NCBI RefSeq assembly: GCF_000012465.1 | Contig: NC_007335.2 | Span: forward strand, 180,001-212,000 | Length of the DNA stretch: 32,000 nucleotides | Direction: 5' to 3' | From: Prochlorococcus marinus str. NATL2A | GTDB taxonomy: Bacteria; Cyanobacteriota; Cyanobacteriia; PCC-6307; Cyanobiaceae | Shown: in pieces, positions 27,242 through 32,000 of the stretch | How positions within the stretch are numbered: position 1 is the stretch's first letter | How the letters are laid out: each line of letters opens with the position of its first letter | Made by a program: the position numbers and the translations under genes | Notes under the pieces: generated by a model | Told to the model about the DNA's origin: nothing | Seen by the model: only the letters and a program-made list of their open reading frames with translations | Database searches by the model: none

Positions 27242-27970
27242 TTAGGTAACTAAATGATTTTCAAGTGCATATCTAACTAGTTCTGTTCTACTGGAAGTAC
27301 CGGTTTTAATAAATAATCGACTCACATATTTCTCTACATTGCGGATAGAAGTCTCAAGTTGTCTTGCAATTTCTTTGTTCATTAAACCTTCCGCTACTAG
27401 TTGCAAAACGCTTGCCTCTCTTGGGGTGAAATTAGGAATCGAATCATCTTTGCGTGAGTGGTTTTTATCCCCATGGCTAAGCATTGATTTTATTTCTGTA
27501 ATCTGTTTTGCCATTTGGCCAACATCAGCATTAGCAAATCTGGCTGCTTCAGTTAATAGTCGCTCTTGCCGCTGAACTACATTCTTAACTCTTGCAACTA
27601 GCTCATCTGGATCAAATGGTTTTGGCATGTAATCGTCTACACCCGCTTGATAACCCTGAGTCCTATCAGCAGTCATACCTTTAGCAGTAAGGAAAATGAC
27701 AGGTGTACCTCCAAGTCTTTCATCTTCTCTAATTTTTTTTAAAAGCCCATAACCATCACATCTAGGCATCATGACGTCACTGATAATTACATCAGGGATC
27801 ATTTTTTGAGCTTTTTCCCATCCCTCTTCTCCATCGACAGCGGTTGTAACTTGAAATCCTTCATCTTCAAGATAGGCCTGAACAGCAGTTCTTAAACCGG
27901 GTTCGTCATCGACAAGTAATATCCTTGGAGTTTGAGAAACTTCTTGTGTTGATGGATTGGGGTCACTCAT
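27242..27970 (-). CDS. Two-component response regulator, receiver + LuxR/GerE HTH (NarL-type, Ycf29-like)
   Basis: The receiver domain has ILLVDDEP, the phospho-acceptor context DVIISDVMMP, and KPF. The C-terminal HTH is LMNKEIARQLETSIRNVEKYVSRLFIKTG. No cognate kinase gene is adjacent. Confidence 0.88.
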   Translation of the reverse strand: MSDPNPSTQEVSQTPRILLVDDEPGLRTAVQAYLEDEGFQVTTAVDGEEGWEKAQKMIPDVIISDVMMPRCDGYGLLKKIREDERLGGTPVIFLTAKGMTADRTQGYQAGVDDYMPKPFDPDELVARVKNVVQRQERLLTEAARFANADVGQMAKQITEIKSMLSHGDKNHSRKDDSIPNFTPREASVLQLVAEGLMNKEIARQLETSIRNVEKYVSRLFIKTGTSSRTELVRYALENHLVT

Positions 27971-28046
27971 AAAATTGGACTTCTAGAGCTTTCAGGGGAT
28001 ATTAACCTTTATTCCTCTCTTATTATTTAGATTAACGAATGAATCA

Positions 28047-29195
28047 ATGGATAATAATCACCTAATTTTTGATTTTCAGTCTTCAACACCATGTTGTACG
28101 AAGGTTGTTGAGGAGATGGCTCCTTATTGGAATGAGTTGTGGGGTAATCCCTCTAATACTAATAATCGATCCGGTGTTTTTGCTTCAGCTGCAGTTGAAG
28201 TATCTCGTGAAAAAATAGCTTCATATTTGAATATAAATCCGAAAAGATTAATTTTCACGAGTGGGGCAACAGAAGCGAATAATTTGGGTTTAGTTGGACA
28301 TGCAAGAGCTAAAGCACAACTGATTGGAAAACCCGGACACATAATTACTGTTTCAACTGAACATCATGCAGTCCTTGATCCGCTTAGGCAGCTTCAAAAA
28401 GAAGGGTTTCGCTTGACAGAATTGCATCCGAATAAAGAGGGTTTAATCAATATTGAACAACTTTCTGAAGCTTTTGAAAAAGATACTTTTCTGGTTAGCG
28501 TCATGGCTGCAAATAATGAGATAGGGGTTTTGCAACCTATTGGTGACATTGGGTCTTTTTGTAAGAGAAAGGGAATCGCTTTTCATTCTGATGCCGCTCA
28601 AGCCTTTGGATACTTAGATTTAGACCCCGATAAATTTCGCATTGATTTGATGAGTTTGAGTGCTCACAAAATCTATGGACCTAAAGGTATTGGGGCTTTG
28701 GTGATTAGGGAAGGATTCCCTCTTGAACCCTCTCAATATGGAGGAGGTCAGGAGCTTGGATTAAGATCTGGCACGCTTCCTGTCCCGTTAATTGTTGGCT
28801 TTGCAAAGGCAGTCGAAATAACAAAAAATGATCAGGATGAGAGGAACAAGAGACTTTTGTTTTTTAGAAACTTATTGTTGAGTGGATTAAAAAAGAATAT
28901 TTCTGGATTGATAGTTAATGGATCTATTGATCAAAGATTGCCTCATAATCTCAATATCACTTTCCCTGGCGTGAAGGGAAGTCAATTGCATGGTCAATTA
29001 AGAAGGTTTATTTTTTGTACTAGTGGTTCAGCTTGTAGTAATGGTGAAGCTTCTCATGTTCTGCAGGAGATAGGGCTCAGCAAAAAAGATGCTGAGGCGT
29101 CAATAAGGATGAGTATTGGGAGAAATACTACGGAGAAAGATATCAATAAGGCTATTAATATTATTACGAATATAGTGATTAATCTTAGACAATAA
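28047..29195 (+). CDS. Cysteine desulfurase (class V aminotransferase, NifS/IscS-like)
   Basis: 382-aa ORF with FTSGATEANN, the PLP-lysine context SAHKIYGPKG, and an active-site Cys loop SGSACSNG. Confidence 0.88.
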   Translation: MDNNHLIFDFQSSTPCCTKVVEEMAPYWNELWGNPSNTNNRSGVFASAAVEVSREKIASYLNINPKRLIFTSGATEANNLGLVGHARAKAQLIGKPGHIITVSTEHHAVLDPLRQLQKEGFRLTELHPNKEGLINIEQLSEAFEKDTFLVSVMAANNEIGVLQPIGDIGSFCKRKGIAFHSDAAQAFGYLDLDPDKFRIDLMSLSAHKIYGPKGIGALVIREGFPLEPSQYGGGQELGLRSGTLPVPLIVGFAKAVEITKNDQDERNKRLLFFRNLLLSGLKKNISGLIVNGSIDQRLPHNLNITFPGVKGSQLHGQLRRFIFCTSGSACSNGEASHVLQEIGLSKKDAEASIRMSIGRNTTEKDINKAINIITNIVINLRQ

Positions 29196-29202
29196 TTTAA
29201 GC

Positions 29203-30117
29203 CTAAGTTAAGAATTTCTTTGCAGAAATTCTTAACTTTGCACTTTTACTTCTTGGATTTAATTCTATCTCTTCTGGGCTTGCTCTGATAGGCTTTTTAG
29301 ATAGTACTTTCAATCTATTGTCTGTCTTAAAGCTCGATTTTACTCTTCTATCTTCTAGTGAATGAAAACTCATTACCATAAATAATCCATTCTCTAGCAA
29401 CCAGTTTGGAGCTTTTAAAAGTAAACTTTCGAGAGAGCCTAATTCATTATTCACAGCTATTCTTAAAGCCTGAAAAGTTCTTGTTGAGGGATGAATTCGA
29501 CCATATCTTTGCTTGGGGGGGAAGCAGCCTGCAATTGCATAAGAAAGGTCTTGAGTTCCAGAGTATGGTCCATTTTCAGCTAGATCATTTTTTATTTTTC
29601 TTGCAATACGCCTAGATCGTTTTTCTTCGCCTAATTCATATATTAAATCAGCTAGATTTTGCTCAGAGAGAGTTTCAATAAGTTCGGCTGCACTTGAACC
29701 CTCTTTGGGATTCATACGCATATCTATTGGACCATTTAAACGAAAGCTAAAACCTCGTGAAGGCTCATCAAGTTGATGACTACTAACTCCAAGATCCGCT
29801 AGGACACAAATGGCTTGTTCGTGATGTGAAAAGTCTGCGAAGTTTGTAGAGATTATTTCTATTCTTGTTCCGAATTTAATTAATTTTTTTGATGCTGCTT
29901 TTATAGCCATTGGGTCTTGATCCAGCCCAATAATTTTGATTCCAGGGAAATTTTCGAGTATTTGAGCGGAATGTCCCCCGCCTCCAATGGTTGCATCAAT
30001 AATTAATCCTTTTTTTGTTAATTCACTTGGTAATTCCTTTAATGATCGAATTATTTCTTTCCCCATTACAGGGATATGATTAAAGTTAGAACTTGAACTA
30101 ATTGGCCCTTCTTTCAT
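29203..30117 (-). CDS. rsmH: 16S rRNA (cytosine1402-N4)-methyltransferase
   Basis: 304-aa ORF with [25 protein letters not shown] and SFHSLEDR motifs of RsmH/MraW. Confidence 0.93.
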   Translation of the reverse strand: MKEGPISSSSNFNHIPVMGKEIIRSLKELPSELTKKGLIIDATIGGGGHSAQILENFPGIKIIGLDQDPMAIKAASKKLIKFGTRIEIISTNFADFSHHEQAICVLADLGVSSHQLDEPSRGFSFRLNGPIDMRMNPKEGSSAAELIETLSEQNLADLIYELGEEKRSRRIARKIKNDLAENGPYSGTQDLSYAIAGCFPPKQRYGRIHPSTRTFQALRIAVNNELGSLESLLLKAPNWLLENGLFMVMSFHSLEDRRVKSSFKTDNRLKVLSKKPIRASPEEIELNPRSKSAKLRISAKKFLT

Positions 30118-30158
30118 AAGTTTTTACTAGTATCTAGACATTGCTTTGGTTGGGCCCA

Positions 30159-31343
30159 ATGACGCAGCTTGAAACGCGTACTGAGCCAATGGTGGTCAAC
30201 TTTGGGCCACATCATCCATCAATGCATGGGGTATTGCGATTAGTAGTAACCCTTGATGGAGAGGATGTTGTTGATTGTGAACCAGTTATTGGTTACTTGC
30301 ATCGAGGGATGGAGAAAATTGCTGAGAATAGAACAAACGTTATGTTTGTTCCTTACGTGAGTCGCATGGATTATGCGGCTGGTATGTTTTATGAAGCCAT
30401 TGTTGTTAATGCCCCTGAGCGTTTAGCAAATATAAAGGTACCCAAGAGAGCAAGTTATATCAGAGCGATAATGCTTGAGTTGAATAGGATCGCTAACCAT
30501 TTGCTATGGTTAGGTCCATTTTTGGCTGATGTCGGAGCTCAAACTCCTTTCTTTTATATTTTTAGAGAAAGAGAGATGATTTACGATTTATGGGAGGCTG
30601 CAACTGGTCAGAGATTGATTAATAATAATTATTTCCGTATTGGTGGCGTTGCATGTGATTTGCCTTGGGGTTGGTTAGAAAAATGCAAAGATTTTTGTGA
30701 CTGGTTTGGTCCAAAAATTGATGAGTATGAAAAATTGATTACTAATAATCCTATTTTTCGTAGACGTATAGAAGGTTTAGGAGTTATAGGAAAAGAGCAA
30801 GCGATTAACTGGAGTCTTTCTGGCCCAATGCTTAGGGCGGCAGGTGTCCCATGGGATTTGAGAAAGGTAGATCATTATGAATGCTATGACGATTTTGAAT
30901 GGGATATTGCATGGGAGAAAGAGGGTGATTGTTATGCAAGATATAGAGTTCGTATTGAAGAAATGAGACAGTCATTAAAAATATTACGACAAGCTTGTGA
31001 GATGATTCCTGGGGGGCCAACAGAAAATCTTGAGGCACAAAGAACAGTTGAGGGAAAAAAAGGTGATTTATCGGGCTTTGATTATCAATATGTAGCCAAG
31101 AAAGTTGCACCGACTTTTAAGATTCCTAATGGTGAATTATATACCCGCCTTGAGTCTGGAAAAGGAGAGATAGGAGTATTTATTCAAGGTAATAATGATG
31201 TAACCCCTTGGCGGTTTAAAATTAGAGCAGCTGACTCAAATAATTTGCAGATACTTCCTCACATACTGAAGGGAGCCAAGGTCGCTGATATAATGGCAAT
31301 CTTAGGTTCGATTGATGTGATTATGGGTTCTGTTGATAGATAG
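30159..31343 (+). CDS. ndhH: NAD(P)H-quinone oxidoreductase subunit H (NdhH, 49-kDa/NuoD family)
   Basis: [15 protein letters not shown] and the C-terminal [14 protein letters not shown] are present. The ORF track begins at TTG 30141, but the ATG at 30159 ([17 protein letters not shown]) gives the usual 394 aa. Confidence 0.95.
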   Translation: MTQLETRTEPMVVNFGPHHPSMHGVLRLVVTLDGEDVVDCEPVIGYLHRGMEKIAENRTNVMFVPYVSRMDYAAGMFYEAIVVNAPERLANIKVPKRASYIRAIMLELNRIANHLLWLGPFLADVGAQTPFFYIFREREMIYDLWEAATGQRLINNNYFRIGGVACDLPWGWLEKCKDFCDWFGPKIDEYEKLITNNPIFRRRIEGLGVIGKEQAINWSLSGPMLRAAGVPWDLRKVDHYECYDDFEWDIAWEKEGDCYARYRVRIEEMRQSLKILRQACEMIPGGPTENLEAQRTVEGKKGDLSGFDYQYVAKKVAPTFKIPNGELYTRLESGKGEIGVFIQGNNDVTPWRFKIRAADSNNLQILPHILKGAKVADIMAILGSIDVIMGSVDR

Positions 31344-31800
31344 GTTTTTGGACAAGCGTAATCCTAGAGAATGGTTATGTTTGAAACGAACAGTTCGTTT
31401 TGGTGAAACAGATGCTGCAGGTGTGGTTCACTTTCTTGAATTATTTAGATGGTGTCATGAAACTTGGGAAGAAAGTTTAGAAAAATATGGAATAGCTTTG
31501 AAAGATATTTTTCCTACAAACGAAATCAATACAAGCCAACTAGATATAGCTTTACCAGTTGTTCATTGTGAAGCAAATTATTTTCAACCACTTTATGTTG
31601 GAGATACTATAAATATTGAACTGGAAACAGAGAAGATAAATGAGTCTTCATTTGTACTTCGATTTAAATTTAAAAAGAATGGAGAGCAAATCGGTTCGAC
31701 AAATATAAAACATGTATCGATAAATCCAATTACTAGAAAAAAATGTGCATTATCTAAACAAATAAATTTGTGGCTTCATGAATCTAGTTCGAATTTTTAG
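31333..31800 (+). CDS. Hotdog-fold acyl-CoA thioesterase (4HBT family), probably the 1,4-dihydroxy-2-naphthoyl-CoA hydrolase of phylloquinone synthesis
   Basis: 155-aa ORF with [14 protein letters not shown] (4HBT catalytic Asp context). It lies just downstream of ndhH and convergent with a probable menE, as I remember for picocyanobacteria. The start is uncertain: TTG 31333 overlaps ndhH by 11 nt, and TTG 31348 is an alternative. Confidence 0.65.
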   Translation: MIDRFLDKRNPREWLCLKRTVRFGETDAAGVVHFLELFRWCHETWEESLEKYGIALKDIFPTNEINTSQLDIALPVVHCEANYFQPLYVGDTINIELETEKINESSFVLRFKFKKNGEQIGSTNIKHVSINPITRKKCALSKQINLWLHESSSNF

Positions 31801-32000
31801 TTAATAGGTTTATTAAAGGCTATCCAATCTTGCCATTTTTTTATTTCCCATTTTTTATTGATATTTCTTGAAAGTTTTGGACAATCGTACCAGTTCAGTG
31901 GTTTTTTGGATGGTTGCCAGTCTTCAATGAGATCATTCAGAAGTGAAATGATTGGATATCTGTTTAGTTCTTTCCCTTTGAATTTTGTTAAGGCAACTAA
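31797..32000 (-). CDS. Partial CDS (C-terminal 67 codons; the 5' part lies beyond the right edge), possibly O-succinylbenzoate-CoA ligase
   Basis: My own minus-strand translation is open from 32000 to the TAA (reverse complement of 31797-31799). It reads [67 protein letters not shown]. The menE guess rests on remembered synteny (ndhH - thioesterase - menE-menC-menA-menF) and a vaguely acyl-CoA-ligase-like C-terminal K-containing tail. Confidence 0.4.
   Translation of the reverse strand, partial: LVALTKFKGKELNRYPIISLLNDLIEDWQPSKKPLNWYDCPKLSRNINKKWEIKKWQDWIAFNKPIN

Overview
This window looks like a densely packed, AT-rich core-chromosome segment of a marine picocyanobacterium, almost certainly Prochlorococcus. 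I estimate GC in the mid-30s % by eye. The assignment rests on gene content and order: ycf34, crtB-pds, ndhM, rbcR, nnrU-ndhF-ndhD, scpA, metF, ndhA-I-G-E, gltA, trpB, cysC, purE, chlM, rsmH, ndhH, then a phylloquinone thioesterase and a probable menE. I can support 36 protein-coding genes, two of them truncated by the window edges. Coding density is very high, with several 4-nt start/stop overlaps and convergent genes whose ends overlap or abut.

I see no rRNA or tRNA genes and no CRISPR array. I also see no transposase, integrase or phage genes, and no recognisable defence or toxin-antitoxin module. Eight NDH-1 subunit genes (ndhM, F, D, A, I, G, E, H) sit at four loci, interleaved with carotenoid, chlorophyll, phylloquinone, NADP and housekeeping genes.

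I do not find convincing evidence for a novel multi-gene system, and the region reads as ordinary core genome. The observations most worth a second look are:
- nadK and a CYTH gene packed directly behind ndhAIGE.
- A LysR regulator divergent from nnrU-ndhF-ndhD, with T-N11-A-type palindromes in the spacer.
- A Z-ISO-like NnrU protein near crtB-pds.
- ndhM coupled by an ATGA overlap to a DUF3172-like membrane protein.
- The only sizeable non-coding gap, 241 bp at 14491-14731.
- A strongly AT-skewed, low-complexity 528-aa membrane-anchored protein.
- A 28-nt palindrome upstream of gltA.
- Several genes that must start at TTG.

All functional calls come from recognising motifs in the supplied translations and from remembered synteny. 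No searches were run.
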